Assembly: GCA_036158955.1 (NCBI GenBank)
Contig: JAYYFI010000012.1
Span: forward strand, 1,945-65,944
DNA: 64,000 nt
Reading direction: 5' to 3'
Source: Pseudomonadota bacterium
GTDB taxonomy: Bacteria > Pseudomonadota > Gammaproteobacteria > Ga0077536
Under the pieces are notes generated by a model, which searched no databases, had not been told where the DNA came from, and was given only the letters and a program-made list of their open reading frames with translations. Shown piece after piece: positions 23,864 through 36,292 of this stretch. Made by a program: the position numbers and the translations under genes. Each line of letters opens with the position of its first letter. Position 1 is the first letter of the stretch.

Positions 23864-24181
23864 ATGAGAAAAATAAAAAAAGGCGATGAGGTCATAGTTA
23901 TATCAGGGAAGGATAAAGGCAAAAGAGGAGCTGTATCTAAAGTATTGCCTGAATTCATGATTGTGGTAGATGGTATCAATGTAGTAAAGCGACATACTAA
24001 GCCAAACCCTCAAGCAGGAGTTGCTGGAGGTATAGTACAAAAAGAAATGCCTATTAATCAGTGTAAGGTAAACTTGTACAATCCTGTGACCAATAAACCA
24101 GACAGGGTAGGTATAAGGAGTTTAGAAGATGGGACTAAAGTGAGATTCTTTAAGTCCAATGGAGAAGTTGTTGATGGTTGA
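23864..24181 (+). CDS. rplX: 50S ribosomal protein L24
   Basis: 105 aa starting [22 protein letters not shown] (KOW motif). Confidence 0.97.
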   Translation: MRKIKKGDEVIVISGKDKGKRGAVSKVLPEFMIVVDGINVVKRHTKPNPQAGVAGGIVQKEMPINQCKVNLYNPVTNKPDRVGIRSLEDGTKVRFFKSNGEVVDG

Positions 24182-24746
24182 AGAAAATCAAGTAAAAGAA
24201 ACTAAAGTTCCTAGACTTCAGGCAAAATATTTCAATGAAATTAGAACTCAATTGTTTGAGCAATTTTCTTATAAAAGTGTAATGCAGGTGCCCACAATAA
24301 AGAAAATTACGTTGAATATGGGTCTAGGTGAAGCTGTGACTGATAAGAAAGTTGTTGAGCGTGCAATGGGAGACATGACTTTAATAGCTGGACAAAAGCC
24401 AATAGTAACGTATTCTCGAAAATCAATTGCAGGATTTAAGATTAGAGACGGTTGGCCGATAGGTATAAAAGTCACTTTAAGGAGAGAAAGGATGTACGAG
24501 TTCTTGGATCGGTTGATTAATATTGCCATTCCAAGAATTAGAGATTTTCGAGGGTTGAATGCCAAATCATTTGATGGCTATGGGAACTATAATCTGGGTA
24601 TTAAAGAGCAAATAATTTTCCCAGAAATTGATTATGATAAAATCGATGCGATAAGGGGCTTAGACATTTCTATTACAACGTCGGCTTTGAACGACGTAGA
24701 AAGCCGTGCTCTGTTGGAAAAGTTTAATTTGCCTCTTAAGGCGTAG
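24174..24746 (+). CDS. rplE: 50S ribosomal protein L5
   Basis: Contains [23 protein letters not shown] 24174 has a GGAGA SD 8 nt upstream and overlaps the rplX stop; the track ATG 24159 has no SD. Either start leaves an N-terminal extension of about 11 aa relative to E. coli L5. Confidence 0.93.
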   Translation: MVEENQVKETKVPRLQAKYFNEIRTQLFEQFSYKSVMQVPTIKKITLNMGLGEAVTDKKVVERAMGDMTLIAGQKPIVTYSRKSIAGFKIRDGWPIGIKVTLRRERMYEFLDRLINIAIPRIRDFRGLNAKSFDGYGNYNLGIKEQIIFPEIDYDKIDAIRGLDISITTSALNDVESRALLEKFNLPLKA

Positions 24747-24757
24747 GAGTAGGGTAT

Positions 24758-25063
24758 ATGGCAAAGTCTGCGATGGTAAATAGAAATAAAAAAAGGCAAA
24801 AGCTGTCTTCTAAATATAGCGAGAAAAGGCAAAAGCTTAAGGCGATAATTTCTGATGTAAATAAAACCTTTGAAGAAAAAGAGGTAGCTCGGTTGCAACT
24901 GCAAAAGTTGCCGAGAGATTCTAGTCCTTCCAGAATTAGAAATCGGTGTAGTTTAACGGGTAGACCCCACGGATTTTATAGGAAGTTCGGATTATCTAGA
25001 AATGAATTACGTAGGCTGGCAATGGAAGGTCATATTCCCGGGCTAGTTAAAGCTAGTTGGTAA
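24758..25063 (+). CDS. rpsN: 30S ribosomal protein S14 (long form without zinc-binding cysteines)
   Basis: 101 aa ending [16 protein letters not shown]. Confidence 0.97.
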   Translation: MAKSAMVNRNKKRQKLSSKYSEKRQKLKAIISDVNKTFEEKEVARLQLQKLPRDSSPSRIRNRCSLTGRPHGFYRKFGLSRNELRRLAMEGHIPGLVKASW

Positions 25064-25081
25064 TAATTGAGGAGAAGCAGT

Positions 25082-25477
25082 TTGAGTTTACAAGATCCTT
25101 TGAGTGATATGTTTACAAGAATAAGAAATGGACAGCAACGTTTAAAGCTATCAGTTACTATGCCGGGTTCTGAAAAAAAGGTGGCGGTTGCTAAGGTTTT
25201 AGAGGCTGAGGGATACATTTCAGGATTTGAAACTAAAATGGACAGAGGAAAATCGGTGCTAGTTGTTACTTTAAAATATTTCAACGGAAAGGGCGTAATT
25301 GAGTCGATAAAGAGAATAAGCAAACCCAGTTTGCGGCAATATTGTGGAAAAAGTGAATTACCAAAAGTTATTGGTGGTCTCGGGGTAGCTATAATCTCAA
25401 CTTCTCAAGGGGTTATGACAGATAAACAAGCCAGAGAAAAGGGAATAGGCGGGGAAATACTCTGCACGGTTCATTAG
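25082..25477 (+). CDS. rpsH: 30S ribosomal protein S8
   Basis: TTG at 25082 lies 7 nt after GAGGAG (25069-74) and gives MSLQDPLSDMFTRIRNGQ, matching the canonical S8 N-terminus. The track TTG at 25067 adds five residues and has no SD. Confidence 0.93.
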   Translation: MSLQDPLSDMFTRIRNGQQRLKLSVTMPGSEKKVAVAKVLEAEGYISGFETKMDRGKSVLVVTLKYFNGKGVIESIKRISKPSLRQYCGKSELPKVIGGLGVAIISTSQGVMTDKQAREKGIGGEILCTVH

Positions 25478-25488
25478 GGAAAAAAATA

Positions 25489-26022
25489 ATGTCAAGAGTA
25501 GGTAACAGTCCAATAAATATTCCGTCTAAGGTAGAAGTATCTTTGTCAGACGAATCAGTCGTTGTAAAGGGCCCTAAGGGTTCAATGGACTTGATGATCC
25601 CAGAGTGTTTAAACTTAGAACAAAATGACTCGATTCTGAGGGTAACAACTAAAGATCAATCAAAAAAAACAAAAGCATTATCGGGTACAATTCGAGCGCT
25701 TCTGGCCAATTGCGTTAAGGGTGTCTCAGACGGATTTTCTTATGAATTAGAGATAATAGGTGTCGGCTACAGAGCGCAGACGAAAGGGAAAATTCTTAAC
25801 TTAGCACTGGGTTATTCACATCCTGTGGATTTCCCTATCCCTGATGGAGTAGAGATAACAACTCCTAGTCAAACTGAAATTGTCATAAAAGGCATCGATA
25901 AACAGCTTGTTGGCCAAGTGGCCGCAAACATACGGGCGTTTAGAAAACCAGAGCCTTACAAAGGTAAAGGAATTCGCTACAAGAATGAGCAGATAATCAA
26001 GAAAGAGGCTAAGAAGGCATAA
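25489..26022 (+). CDS. rplF: 50S ribosomal protein L6
   Basis: 177 aa starting [17 protein letters not shown]. Confidence 0.97.
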   Translation: MSRVGNSPINIPSKVEVSLSDESVVVKGPKGSMDLMIPECLNLEQNDSILRVTTKDQSKKTKALSGTIRALLANCVKGVSDGFSYELEIIGVGYRAQTKGKILNLALGYSHPVDFPIPDGVEITTPSQTEIVIKGIDKQLVGQVAANIRAFRKPEPYKGKGIRYKNEQIIKKEAKKA

Positions 26023-26024
26023 TA

Positions 26025-26381
26025 ATGTTTAAGAAAAAAGAGGCGCGAATTCGTCGAGCTACGAAAACTAGGGCAAGCATAAGAAAAAGGAAGTTAGCTA
26101 GACTCTCCGTGTTCCGTAGTCCTAGGCATATATATGCGCAAGTGATAGATGGTAACGGGGAGAAAACTTTAGCGGCAGCATCAACAAATGAGAAGCAATT
26201 TAAGTCAATGGACATCTATTCTGGAAATCAAGAGGCTGCGAAAAAGATTGGTGAGATAATAGCAGAGAGGGCGAAGACTTCAGGTATCAGCGAAGTAGTA
26301 TTTGATCGGTCTGGCTATAGGTTTCACGGTAGGGTAAAAGCCCTAGCTGAAGCAGCTCGAGAAGCAGGGTTAAAATTCTAG
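26025..26381 (+). CDS. rplR: 50S ribosomal protein L18
   Basis: 118 aa with [17 protein letters not shown] and [21 protein letters not shown]. Confidence 0.97.
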   Translation: MFKKKEARIRRATKTRASIRKRKLARLSVFRSPRHIYAQVIDGNGEKTLAAASTNEKQFKSMDIYSGNQEAAKKIGEIIAERAKTSGISEVVFDRSGYRFHGRVKALAEAAREAGLKF

Positions 26382-26391
26382 GATAATAAAT

Positions 26392-26913
26392 ATGGCAAAT
26401 ACAAACATACCAGAAGTGAGTGAAGGCTATCTTGAAAAATTGATTGGAGTTAATAGGGTAGCTAAGGTTGTTAAAGGCGGGCGAATTTTTGGATTCTCGG
26501 CTTTGACAGTCGTTGGGGACGGTCAGGGAATGATAGGATTTGGAAAGGGTAAAGCACGAGAGGTACCTATCGCCATCCAAAAAGCCATGGAAATGGCTAA
26601 AAGAAATATGGTTAGTGTTCCATTAACGAACGGAACACTCCAGTATGCTGTCGTAGGTAAACATGGGTCTGCAAAAGTTTATATGCAACCCGCCTCTGTT
26701 GGAACTGGGATAATTGCCGGAGGGGCGATGCGCGCCGTTTTTGAAGTTGTCGGGGTAACAGATGTGTTGGCGAAATGTATAGGGACAACCAATCCGGTTA
26801 ATGTTGTGCGAGCAACGATACTTGGGCTTAGTACGATGTTATCCCCTGAAGAGGTTGCTGCAAAACGCGGAATTCCAGTTGAATCTTTAGAAGGACATAA
26901 ACAGCATGACTGA
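26392..26913 (+). CDS. rpsE: 30S ribosomal protein S5
   Basis: 173 aa with [40 protein letters not shown]. Confidence 0.98.
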   Translation: MANTNIPEVSEGYLEKLIGVNRVAKVVKGGRIFGFSALTVVGDGQGMIGFGKGKAREVPIAIQKAMEMAKRNMVSVPLTNGTLQYAVVGKHGSAKVYMQPASVGTGIIAGGAMRAVFEVVGVTDVLAKCIGTTNPVNVVRATILGLSTMLSPEEVAAKRGIPVESLEGHKQHD

Positions 26914-27088
26914 AAAAACATTACGCATCAAGTTAGTAAAGAGCCTGAATGGTAGATTAGCTGACCACAAGGCATGCGCTCACGGCCTAGGATTGCGGAA
27001 AATTGGACAAGAGAATGAAGTTCAAAATACTGACGCGAACCGAGGCATGATAAAAAAAATTTCTTATCTCTTGCAAATAATGAGTTAG
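26906..27088 (+). CDS. rpmD: 50S ribosomal protein L30
   Basis: 60 aa starting [13 protein letters not shown]. 8-nt overlap with rpsE. Confidence 0.95.
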   Translation: MTEKTLRIKLVKSLNGRLADHKACAHGLGLRKIGQENEVQNTDANRGMIKKISYLLQIMS

Positions 27089-27092
27089 TCAA

Positions 27093-27527
27093 ATGAGATT
27101 AAATAATTTACATCCTGGAAAAGGTTCTAACAAGCCTCAAAAAAGAAAGGGAAGAGGTATTGGTTCTGGTCTGGGAAAAACGTGCGGTCGTGGACACAAA
27201 GGTCAGAAATCTCGGTCTGGAGGCTTTCATAAGACTGGCTTTGAGGGTGGGCAAATGCCACTTCAGAGAAGGTTGCCAAAGTACGGGTTTAAATCCCGAA
27301 CTGCAAAATTTTGCGAAGAAATTCGATTAGATGCTTTTGAAAAAACAGAATTTGATACGATTGATCTTGAGTTATTGAAAAGAGAAAACTTCATAAGGAG
27401 AGCAACTAAAAAAGTTAAAATTATAGGTTCAGGAGATATTACTAAATCGATAAAATTTATTGGGATCAAAGCCACGAAATCGGCTGCGAAGCAGATTGAA
27501 AAAGCTGGTGGCGCTTTAGAGGGATGA
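27093..27527 (+). CDS. rplO: 50S ribosomal protein L15
   Basis: 144 aa starting [12 protein letters not shown], with [25 protein letters not shown]. Confidence 0.97.
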   Translation: MRLNNLHPGKGSNKPQKRKGRGIGSGLGKTCGRGHKGQKSRSGGFHKTGFEGGQMPLQRRLPKYGFKSRTAKFCEEIRLDAFEKTEFDTIDLELLKRENFIRRATKKVKIIGSGDITKSIKFIGIKATKSAAKQIEKAGGALEG

Positions 27528-27528
27528 A

Positions 27529-28872
27529 ATGGTAGCAGCATCGGATAAATTAGCTAAGGGTTTTTCTGGTTTTGGTAAATTAGCAGAGCTCAAGCAGAGA
27601 ATATTATTTTTACTCGGGGCGATTCTCGTGTTTCGTATTTGCACTCATATCCCGGTACCCGGTATAAATCCTTTGGCTTTGGAAATTCTTTTTGAACAAC
27701 AAAGAGGCTCCATTGTTGATATGTTCAATATGTTTTCCGGTGGTGCTTTAGAGAGGTTTTCAGTGGTTGCATTGGGTATTATGCCCTACATTTCTGCATC
27801 AATTATCATGCAGCTCCTAACAGTTGTTCATCCTAAGCTAGAGCAACTTAAAAAGGAAGGCGAATCTGGTAGAAGAAAAATCAATCAATTCACTAGGTAC
27901 TTCACAGTTATCCTTTGTTTGTTCCAAGCCATAGGTGTGTCAATAATGCTTGAGCAACAAACGGCTGCAGGAATGCAGTTGGTAATAAATCCAGGGTTAT
28001 TTTTTAAAATAACTTGTGTTTCTACTTTAGTTGCGGGAACACTCTTTTTGATGTGGTTGGGAGAGCAAGTCACTGAACGTGGAATCGGCAACGGAATTTC
28101 GATGATTATTTTTGCGGGTATAGTCGCAGGTTTGCCTTCTGCGATTGCGGGTACTGCGGAACTCGCAAGGACTGGTGAATTATCCTTTTTCTTTTTAATT
28201 CTTTTGGCTATACTGGCGGTCGTTGTCACTGCACTTGTAGTATTCGTAGAAAGGGGGCAAAGAAGAATACCAGTGAATTACGCTAGACAGCAGAGAGCCG
28301 GAAGTTTCGGTGGCCAATCAAGCAATCTTCCCCTAAAGATCAATATGGCTGGAGTGATACCTCCTATTTTTGCGTCAAGCATAATACTCTTTCCAGCGAC
28401 TATTGCAGGATGGTTTGGGAATGCTGATGGGATGGGTTGGCTTCAGAATTTGAGTGCCACATTATCTCCTGGACAACCTCTTTATGTTTTATTTTATGCA
28501 ATCGCTATCATATTTTTCTGTTTTTTTTATACTGCTTTAGTTTTTAATCCCAAAGAAATGGCAGATAATCTTAAAAAGTCAGGGGCGTTTTTGCCTGGAA
28601 TCAGACCTGGAGAACAAACAGCAGGTTATATCGATGATATAATGACTAGATTAACGGCTGCTGGAGCGGTTTATATAACAGCAGTGTGTCTCCTACCAGA
28701 ATTTCTAATTCTGAAATTGAACGTACCGTTTTATTTTGGTGGAACCTCTTTGTTAATCATTGTGGTGGTAGTAATGGATTTTATGGCGCAAGTTCAGTCA
28801 CATCTGATGTCTCATCAGTATGAAGGATTGATGAAAAAAGCTAATTTAAAAAACCAACGGCGAAAGAGGTAA
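27529..28872 (+). CDS. secY: preprotein translocase subunit SecY
   Basis: 447 aa, polytopic, with [22 protein letters not shown] and [15 protein letters not shown]. Confidence 0.98.
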   Translation: MVAASDKLAKGFSGFGKLAELKQRILFLLGAILVFRICTHIPVPGINPLALEILFEQQRGSIVDMFNMFSGGALERFSVVALGIMPYISASIIMQLLTVVHPKLEQLKKEGESGRRKINQFTRYFTVILCLFQAIGVSIMLEQQTAAGMQLVINPGLFFKITCVSTLVAGTLFLMWLGEQVTERGIGNGISMIIFAGIVAGLPSAIAGTAELARTGELSFFFLILLAILAVVVTALVVFVERGQRRIPVNYARQQRAGSFGGQSSNLPLKINMAGVIPPIFASSIILFPATIAGWFGNADGMGWLQNLSATLSPGQPLYVLFYAIAIIFFCFFYTALVFNPKEMADNLKKSGAFLPGIRPGEQTAGYIDDIMTRLTAAGAVYITAVCLLPEFLILKLNVPFYFGGTSLLIIVVVVMDFMAQVQSHLMSHQYEGLMKKANLKNQRRKR

Positions 28873-28879
28873 CTGTTAA

Positions 28880-28993
28880 ATGAAAGTGCAGGCGTCCGTA
28901 AAGAAGATTTGTAGGAATTGTAGAATAATCAAACGAAAAGGTGTGATAAGGGTTATTTGTAAGGATCCGCGGCATAAGCAAAGACAGGGTTAA
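28880..28993 (+). CDS. rpmJ: 50S ribosomal protein L36 (zinc-binding form)
   Basis: Too short for the ORF track. Hand translation gives [37 protein letters not shown] (37 aa) with a CxxC...C..H motif. Canonical slot between secY and rpsM. Confidence 0.93.
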   Translation: MKVQASVKKICRNCRIIKRKGVIRVICKDPRHKQRQG

Positions 28994-29012
28994 AATTAAA
29001 AAGAGGGAATAA

Positions 29013-29369
29013 ATGGCTAGAGTAGCTGGAGTGAACATATCTGATAGAAAACATACTGTGATCGCTTTGACAGAAATTTTTGGCATAGGAAATAAACGTG
29101 CTGAGATAATTTGTGATTCGGCAGGAATTGATAAAACCATATTAGTTAAAAATTTGAGTGAGTCTGAGTTAGAGAAATTACGAAGTGAAGTGGCAAATTT
29201 TAATATTGAGGGTGATCTTAGGCGAGAGATAAGTATTAATATCAAGAGATTGACAGATCTAGGAGCGTATAGAGGGATACGTCATAGAAGGGGTCTAACT
29301 GTTCGAGGACAAAGAACCCGAACAAATGCTAGAACACGAAAAGGGCCCAAGAGGCCGATCAAAAGATAA
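29013..29369 (+). CDS. rpsM: 30S ribosomal protein S13
   Basis: 118 aa starting [14 protein letters not shown], with [26 protein letters not shown]. Confidence 0.98.
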   Translation: MARVAGVNISDRKHTVIALTEIFGIGNKRAEIICDSAGIDKTILVKNLSESELEKLRSEVANFNIEGDLRREISINIKRLTDLGAYRGIRHRRGLTVRGQRTRTNARTRKGPKRPIKR

Positions 29370-29378
29370 GGGTTTAAT

Positions 29379-29771
29379 ATGAGTAAGACGGATTCGAAAA
29401 GTAGTAAGAAAAGAACCAAGCGTAATATTTTAGATGGTATTGCTCATGTGCATGCCTCATTTAATAACACTATAATTACAATAACTGATAGACAGGGTAA
29501 TGCATTAGCATGGACTACTGCTGGGGGAAGTGGGTTTAAAGGTTCCAGAAAGAGCACACCTTTCGCCGCCCAAGTTGCCGCTGAAAAACTTTCGTCGGTA
29601 AAGGAAGACTTTGGCATGATTAATCTTGACGTGGTTGTGAAAGGGCCTGGCCCAGGTAGAGAATCGGCAGTCAGATCTTTGAATTCGGCTGGGTTTAATA
29701 TTACAAATATTACAGACGTTACGCCTATTCCGCATAACGGTTGTCGTCCTCCCAAAAAGAGGAGAGTGTAA
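29379..29771 (+). CDS. rpsK: 30S ribosomal protein S11
   Basis: 130 aa with [25 protein letters not shown]. Confidence 0.98.
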   Translation: MSKTDSKSSKKRTKRNILDGIAHVHASFNNTIITITDRQGNALAWTTAGGSGFKGSRKSTPFAAQVAAEKLSSVKEDFGMINLDVVVKGPGPGRESAVRSLNSAGFNITNITDVTPIPHNGCRPPKKRRV

Positions 29772-29772
29772 A

Positions 29773-30396
29773 ATGGCAAGGTATTTAGGACCCAAATGTA
29801 AGCTTTCTAGGCGACAAGGGATAGATCTCGGCCTTAAAGCGAGAGGTAGGTCAATTGAGACAAAATGTCAGCTTGAAAAACCTCCTGGTCAACATGGTGA
29901 AAATCGGGGCAGAAGGATGTCTGACTATGCGTTACAGCTTAGGGAAAAGCAAAAGTTACGCTATATTTACGGTGTATTAGAGCGTCAATTTAGGAATTAT
30001 TATAAAAAAGCAGCAAGTCAAAAAGGAGCAACAGGCGAGAACTTGCTCAAGCTACTGGAAAGAAGGCTTGATAATGTCGTGTATAGGATGGGGTTTGGGT
30101 GTACGAGAGCTGAGGCAAGACAACTTGTTAGTCATAAGTCGATAGAGTTAAATGGAAAGATTGTAAATATCCCTTCTTATCAAGTGAAAGATCAAGATAT
30201 AATAAGCGTGAGGGAAGCGTCAAAAAGCCAAGTTCGTATACAAGATTCACTATCTGTGGCTGAGCAGCTTGGTTTTCCTGATTGGATCGACGTAAACACT
30301 AAAAAGATGGAAGGCAAATTTAACTCGGCCCCGGAAAGGGACGATTTACCTGCTGATATTAATGAATCACTAGTTGTAGAACTGTATTCCAAATAA
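29773..30396 (+). CDS. rpsD: 30S ribosomal protein S4
   Basis: 207 aa starting [19 protein letters not shown]. Confidence 0.98.
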   Translation: MARYLGPKCKLSRRQGIDLGLKARGRSIETKCQLEKPPGQHGENRGRRMSDYALQLREKQKLRYIYGVLERQFRNYYKKAASQKGATGENLLKLLERRLDNVVYRMGFGCTRAEARQLVSHKSIELNGKIVNIPSYQVKDQDIISVREASKSQVRIQDSLSVAEQLGFPDWIDVNTKKMEGKFNSAPERDDLPADINESLVVELYSK

Positions 30397-30422
30397 ACTA
30401 TAAATAAAAAGGAGACTCGATA

Positions 30423-31415
30423 ATGGCGCTAGCCTTGGATGAGTTTTTAAAACCACAAATAGCTGAAGTTGAGCCAATCAACGAACGCTCTGCAAAAATA
30501 ACGATTGAACCACTAGACAGAGGATTCGGTCATACTCTCGGCAATGCTTTGAGACGAGTACTTTTATCCTCAATGCCTGGGAGTGCTATAACGGAGATTG
30601 AAATTGACGGTGTTTTGCATGAGTACTCGACTATTGAGGGAGTTCAGGAGGACCTAACTGACATACTTCTGAACCTAAAAAGTTTGGCGATTTGTGTCAA
30701 TTCTAAAAAAGATGCAATTTTAACTTTGAACAAAACCGGTCCTGGAGAAGTAACTGCAAGCGATATTGTTCTTGATCACGATATAGAGATAGTTGACCCA
30801 GAGCACCATATAGCTAATTTGGGTGAAAATGGTGAGCTTAACATGAAGCTTTATGTTTCTAAAGGGAGAGGTTATCGTCCTGCAGCTGCAGCAGATGCGG
30901 AGGATCAAACAATTGGCAGACTTAAACTTGATGCTTCGTTTAGCCCAATATATCGATGTACCTACGAAGTTCAGGCGGCTAGGGTTGAGCAACAAACAGA
31001 TTTTGATAAACTCATAATCGAACTAGAAACAAATGGAACCGTTGATCCCGAGCAGGCTGTTAAAGAAGCAGCGTCAATATTGCGGCACCAACTAGAGGTT
31101 TTTGGGGAGATAAGTGTTGAGACTGAGGAGGAGGAATCTGAACAGGAAGAAATCATCATAGATCCTACATTATTACGATCGATCGATGATTTAGAGTTGA
31201 CAGTTAGATCAGCTAATTGCCTCAAAGCAGAAAGCATCTACTTCATCGGAGATTTAGTACAAAGAACAGAGGTGCAATTGCTAAAGACACCAAACTTAGG
31301 AAAAAAGTCTTTGACAGAAATTAGGGATGTGCTTGGAGAGCGTGGACTAACGCTAGGAATGACTCTGGAACACTGGCCGCCAGCAAGTATGACGCCCACT
31401 AGAAATTCAAGTTAG
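30423..31415 (+). CDS. rpoA: DNA-directed RNA polymerase subunit alpha
   Basis: 330 aa with [36 protein letters not shown] and C-terminal-domain segment [12 protein letters not shown]. Confidence 0.98.
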   Translation: MALALDEFLKPQIAEVEPINERSAKITIEPLDRGFGHTLGNALRRVLLSSMPGSAITEIEIDGVLHEYSTIEGVQEDLTDILLNLKSLAICVNSKKDAILTLNKTGPGEVTASDIVLDHDIEIVDPEHHIANLGENGELNMKLYVSKGRGYRPAAAADAEDQTIGRLKLDASFSPIYRCTYEVQAARVEQQTDFDKLIIELETNGTVDPEQAVKEAASILRHQLEVFGEISVETEEEESEQEEIIIDPTLLRSIDDLELTVRSANCLKAESIYFIGDLVQRTEVQLLKTPNLGKKSLTEIRDVLGERGLTLGMTLEHWPPASMTPTRNSS

Positions 31416-31429
31416 CAGGGATTCCGAAC

Positions 31430-31819
31430 ATGAGACACAAAAAATCTGGAAGAAAACTGAATATGGAATCCTCCAAAAGGAAATTGATGTTCAGGAATTT
31501 ATCTATCTCTTTAGTTGAAAACGAAATGATAAAAACCACTTTAGCTAGAGCAAAAGAATTGCGGCGGGTCGTTGAGCCTTTAATTACTTTATCAAAGACC
31601 GATTCTGTTGCTCGCAGAAGGCAAGCTTTTTCAACTTTGAGAAATAAGGATTCCGTGAAAAAGCTGTTTGATACAATCGGACCAAAATATATTGATAGGC
31701 CAGGGGGATATACGCGAATTTTAAAGTGTGCTCCTAGACCTGGCGATAATGCACCGATGGCTTATGTTGAGTTGGTTGGTAGAGAGCCTAATATTAATGT
31801 CTCCTCGGAAGAAGAATAG
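31430..31819 (+). CDS. rplQ: 50S ribosomal protein L17
   Basis: 129 aa starting [11 protein letters not shown], with GGYTRILK. Confidence 0.97.
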   Translation: MRHKKSGRKLNMESSKRKLMFRNLSISLVENEMIKTTLARAKELRRVVEPLITLSKTDSVARRRQAFSTLRNKDSVKKLFDTIGPKYIDRPGGYTRILKCAPRPGDNAPMAYVELVGREPNINVSSEEE

Positions 31820-31827
31820 AAATTTTT

Positions 31828-33282
31828 CTATCCGATTAACTCATCTTCAATCATTTTGCCCACCCTTTTAGGGTCTGCCTTTCCAACAGACGCCTTCATT
31901 ACTTGGCCAACCAAGAATCCAAATACCTTTTTTTTCCCAGCTAGATATTGTTCAACCTGCTTTGGATGATCGCTCAAAACTTTTTTAACGATTGTTTTTA
32001 AATTTTCATCGCTGAACTTTTCTTTTCCCGATAATGTTTTTTTTATCGCTGTTTCGATTGATACTTCATCATCCCATATCATTTTAAAAATACGTTTCGC
32101 ATCATTTTGAGTACATTTATCAATTTCAATTAGTTTCAAAATTTTAATAAAACTCTCCGGGTCAACCCTGGTTTGAGTGATATTAATATTTTCTTCTTTG
32201 AAGTATTTCATAATTTCACCAGTAACCCAGTTGGCTGATAATTTTGGTGATAAACCAGAGTTTTTAATTGATTTTTCAAAAAAACAAGTTAGTGCTGGGT
32301 CGTTGAGAAGAGTGTCGATCTGTGCTTGATTAAGTCCTAAATCTACTGCATATCTTTTTCGTTTATTTAATGGTAACTCAATGGCTGTATCTTTTATTAC
32401 TTTTAATTTACTACTATCGATTTTTACTGGTAGGAGATCAGGGTCAGGAAAATATCTATAATCATTCTCATCTTCTTTGCTCCGCATTGTCTTAGTTTCA
32501 CCTGTTTTTTCGTCGTAGAGTCTTGTCTCTTGGGTAATTTCCTCTCCATTTTCAAGTCTATTAATTTGCCTTGCAATCTCGAAATTGATTGCATTTTCTA
32601 CAAATTTGAATGAATTTAGGTTTTTAATCTCTACTTTAGTCCCCAACTTATTGTGCTCTTTCTGTTTTACAGAAATGTTTGCGTCGCATCTAATGGATCC
32701 CTCTTGCATATTTCCATCACATATCTCTAAATGCCGAACAAGCTCTCTTAGGGCTCTCATAAATGAAACGGCTTCTTTCGCGTTTTTAATTTCAGGTTCA
32801 CTCACAACTTCAATGAGTGGTGTTCCTGCCCTATTTAAATCTAATCCGGTCAATCTTTCGCTCAGAAGATGAATGGATTTACCAGCGTCTTCCTCTAGGT
32901 GTGCCCTTGTCAAATTTATTTTTTTTTCTTTACCGTCTGCTTCTATTGTTAAAAAGCCGCCAGAAATGATTGGTTCGTCGAATTGACTAATCTGATAACC
33001 TTTGGGTAAATCGGGATAAAAATAGTTTTTTCGCGCAAAAACGGTCTGCTCGGGGATATCTCCATCAAGGGCTATACCCAATTTGAGGGCCATTTCGATT
33101 GCCTTATCATTCACGACAGGAAGTGTGCCTGGATAACCTAAATCAATCAGACTGGCCTGAGAGTTGGCTTCTCCACCAAATTTATTTGGAGCGCCAGAAA
33201 ATAATTTGCTGTTCGTATTTAATTGGACATGAACTTCCAGCCCGATTACAGGTTCCCAGTTATTATCCATCAAAAGACTCAT
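31828..33282 (-). CDS. gatB: Asp-tRNA(Asn)/Glu-tRNA(Gln) amidotransferase subunit B
   Basis: 484 aa with WEPVIGLEVHVQL, RCDANISV and a C-terminal YqeY-like tail. An in-frame ATG at 33270 is an alternative start. Confidence 0.95.
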   Translation of the reverse strand: MSLLMDNNWEPVIGLEVHVQLNTNSKLFSGAPNKFGGEANSQASLIDLGYPGTLPVVNDKAIEMALKLGIALDGDIPEQTVFARKNYFYPDLPKGYQISQFDEPIISGGFLTIEADGKEKKINLTRAHLEEDAGKSIHLLSERLTGLDLNRAGTPLIEVVSEPEIKNAKEAVSFMRALRELVRHLEICDGNMQEGSIRCDANISVKQKEHNKLGTKVEIKNLNSFKFVENAINFEIARQINRLENGEEITQETRLYDEKTGETKTMRSKEDENDYRYFPDPDLLPVKIDSSKLKVIKDTAIELPLNKRKRYAVDLGLNQAQIDTLLNDPALTCFFEKSIKNSGLSPKLSANWVTGEIMKYFKEENINITQTRVDPESFIKILKLIEIDKCTQNDAKRIFKMIWDDEVSIETAIKKTLSGKEKFSDENLKTIVKKVLSDHPKQVEQYLAGKKKVFGFLVGQVMKASVGKADPKRVGKMIEDELIG

Positions 33283-34738
33283 TAAATTTTGGAGTTTTAT
33301 GATGCCACTCAGAGTGAAGTTGAAATTGATGCGCGACGTTTAAAAGGACATGTTCATTAAAAGCTCGTCCTATAAGCTGCATTCCGATTGGAAGCTTTTG
33401 TTTACTAAGTCCAGCCGGAATTGAGATCGCTGGCAATCCTGCTAGATTAACAGGGATTGTATAGAGGTCGCTCGAATATAATTCGGTTGGATCACTGGGA
33501 GCTCCGTTTTTCAACGGAAAAGCAGTTGAGGGTGTTGTTGGTCCTAAAATCACATCGACTTTTTTGAAAGCCTCCTTAAAGTCATTTCTTATTACAGACC
33601 TTACCCTCTGCGCCTGTTCATAGTATTTGTCGTAGTAGCCTGAAGATAGCGCATAGGTTCCTATTAGTATTCTTCTTTTCACTTCGGTTCCAAAGCCTTC
33701 ATCCCTAGTATTTTTATACAACGAATCTATATCACTTGAATTCATTGACCTAAAGCCGTATTTAACACCGTCAAATCGCGCAAGATTGGATGAGCACTCC
33801 GCTGGAGCAATTATGTAGTAAGATGCGACGGCCATCTCAGTGCTGGTTAGCTCAATATCTACTAATTTACATCCTAGCTTCGAAAAAATATCTTTTGCTT
33901 CATTTAAACACTGTCCAATTTCCGGGTCTAAATTTTTGTCGAAATATTCCTTCGGAATTCCTATTTTCTTACCTTTTAGTTTCCCATTAAGTTCAGAAAC
34001 ATAGTCTCCTTTGGTAATATCTACAGAGGTGGAGTCTTTGATGTCAAAATCAGATAGAAACTCCATGCAAAGGGCACAATCTTCTGCAGTTCGCGTTATA
34101 AAACCCGCTTGGTCGAGACTCGATGCGAATGCAATCATCCCAAATCTTGAAATTCGTCCATAGGTTGGTTTCAATCCGGTCACTCCGCAGAGAGCGGCTG
34201 GCTGTCTAATTGACCCGCCAGTATCTGAACCTGTTGCGAAAGGAGCAAGTCCTGCTGCCACCGCGACCGCTGATCCTCCAGAGGAACCCCCTGGTACTTT
34301 TGTTAAGTCCCATGGATTTCTTACAGCGCCAAAAAAGCTTGTCTCGTTCGTAGAACCCATTGCAAATTCATCCATATTAGTTTTTCCAAGCATTATTAAA
34401 CCAAGGGACTTTGCGCGACCAACTATTTCGGCATCGTAAAGTGGCAAAAAGTTTTCTAACATTCTTGAGCCGCATGTCGTTCTTATTTGATCAGTACAAA
34501 AAATATCTTTATTCGCATATGGAATACCTGAAAATAGTGAGGAAACCTTGTTGTTTTTAGAATCTGCAGCTGCTGCTTCTTTCAGCGCGGATTCTCTGCT
34601 AATCGTAATGAAACAGTTTAATTTTTTATTTGCTTTTTCAATTCTATCTAAAAAAAATTCTGTTAATTCTGTATGAGAATAAGATTTAGTGTCTAAATCT
34701 CTTTTTATTTCAGAAATACTGGATGTTGGGTTAATCAA
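33263..34738 (-). CDS. gatA: Asp-tRNA(Asn)/Glu-tRNA(Gln) amidotransferase subunit A
   Basis: 491 aa with the amidase signature GGSSGGSAVAVAAGLAPFATGSDTGGSIRQPA. Confidence 0.96.
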   Translation of the reverse strand: MINPTSSISEIKRDLDTKSYSHTELTEFFLDRIEKANKKLNCFITISRESALKEAAAADSKNNKVSSLFSGIPYANKDIFCTDQIRTTCGSRMLENFLPLYDAEIVGRAKSLGLIMLGKTNMDEFAMGSTNETSFFGAVRNPWDLTKVPGGSSGGSAVAVAAGLAPFATGSDTGGSIRQPAALCGVTGLKPTYGRISRFGMIAFASSLDQAGFITRTAEDCALCMEFLSDFDIKDSTSVDITKGDYVSELNGKLKGKKIGIPKEYFDKNLDPEIGQCLNEAKDIFSKLGCKLVDIELTSTEMAVASYYIIAPAECSSNLARFDGVKYGFRSMNSSDIDSLYKNTRDEGFGTEVKRRILIGTYALSSGYYDKYYEQAQRVRSVIRNDFKEAFKKVDVILGPTTPSTAFPLKNGAPSDPTELYSSDLYTIPVNLAGLPAISIPAGLSKQKLPIGMQLIGRAFNEHVLLNVAHQFQLHSEWHHKTPKFNESFDG

Positions 34739-34743
34739 AGAAA

Positions 34744-35034
34744 TTACTCGATTACAAGAGGTACGGTTATCAGAGATTCTGAGCTATGAGGACTGTTTTT
34801 TGAAATACTCGACCCATCGGGATGCTCTGTTATCCTATCTGGTCGTAATCGATTTTTATGGAGATTATTAATAGCTGAAGAGTCGTGTTTTTCTTCTAAT
34901 GAATGATCGCTTATTTTATCAACAAATCTAAGGATTTTATTTAATTGTTTTTGTAATTCTTCGACTTCGCTTTCAGATATCCTGATTTTTGCTAGTTCTC
35001 CAAGTTTGAGAATTTCCTTTTTAGTAATAGTCAC
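34744..35034 (-). CDS. gatC: Asp-tRNA(Asn)/Glu-tRNA(Gln) amidotransferase subunit C
   Basis: GTG at 35034 is preceded by GAGGGA 6 nt upstream and gives a 96-aa product (MTITKKEILKLGELAKIRISESEVEEL...) of typical GatC size. The track ATG at 35079 would add 15 residues. Confidence 0.85.
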   Translation of the reverse strand: MTITKKEILKLGELAKIRISESEVEELQKQLNKILRFVDKISDHSLEEKHDSSAINNLHKNRLRPDRITEHPDGSSISKNSPHSSESLITVPLVIE

Positions 35035-35220
35035 TTTGTTTCCCTCGATAGTAGTATTTATTTTTATATTATAGTTCAACTAGTTGAGTGTTTCTTTCTC
35101 CAATGGTAAGCTCTTTTTTGTAGAAATTCTGGCATTTAAACAGTTAGTGTACCAAAAAATTACAAATCAAAAAATGAATCTGCGGTATAGTAATTAGACG
35201 GGCTATAAAGTGGTTAATAA

Positions 35221-36285
<1,065 letters not shown>

Positions 36286-36292
36286 TTGCGCT

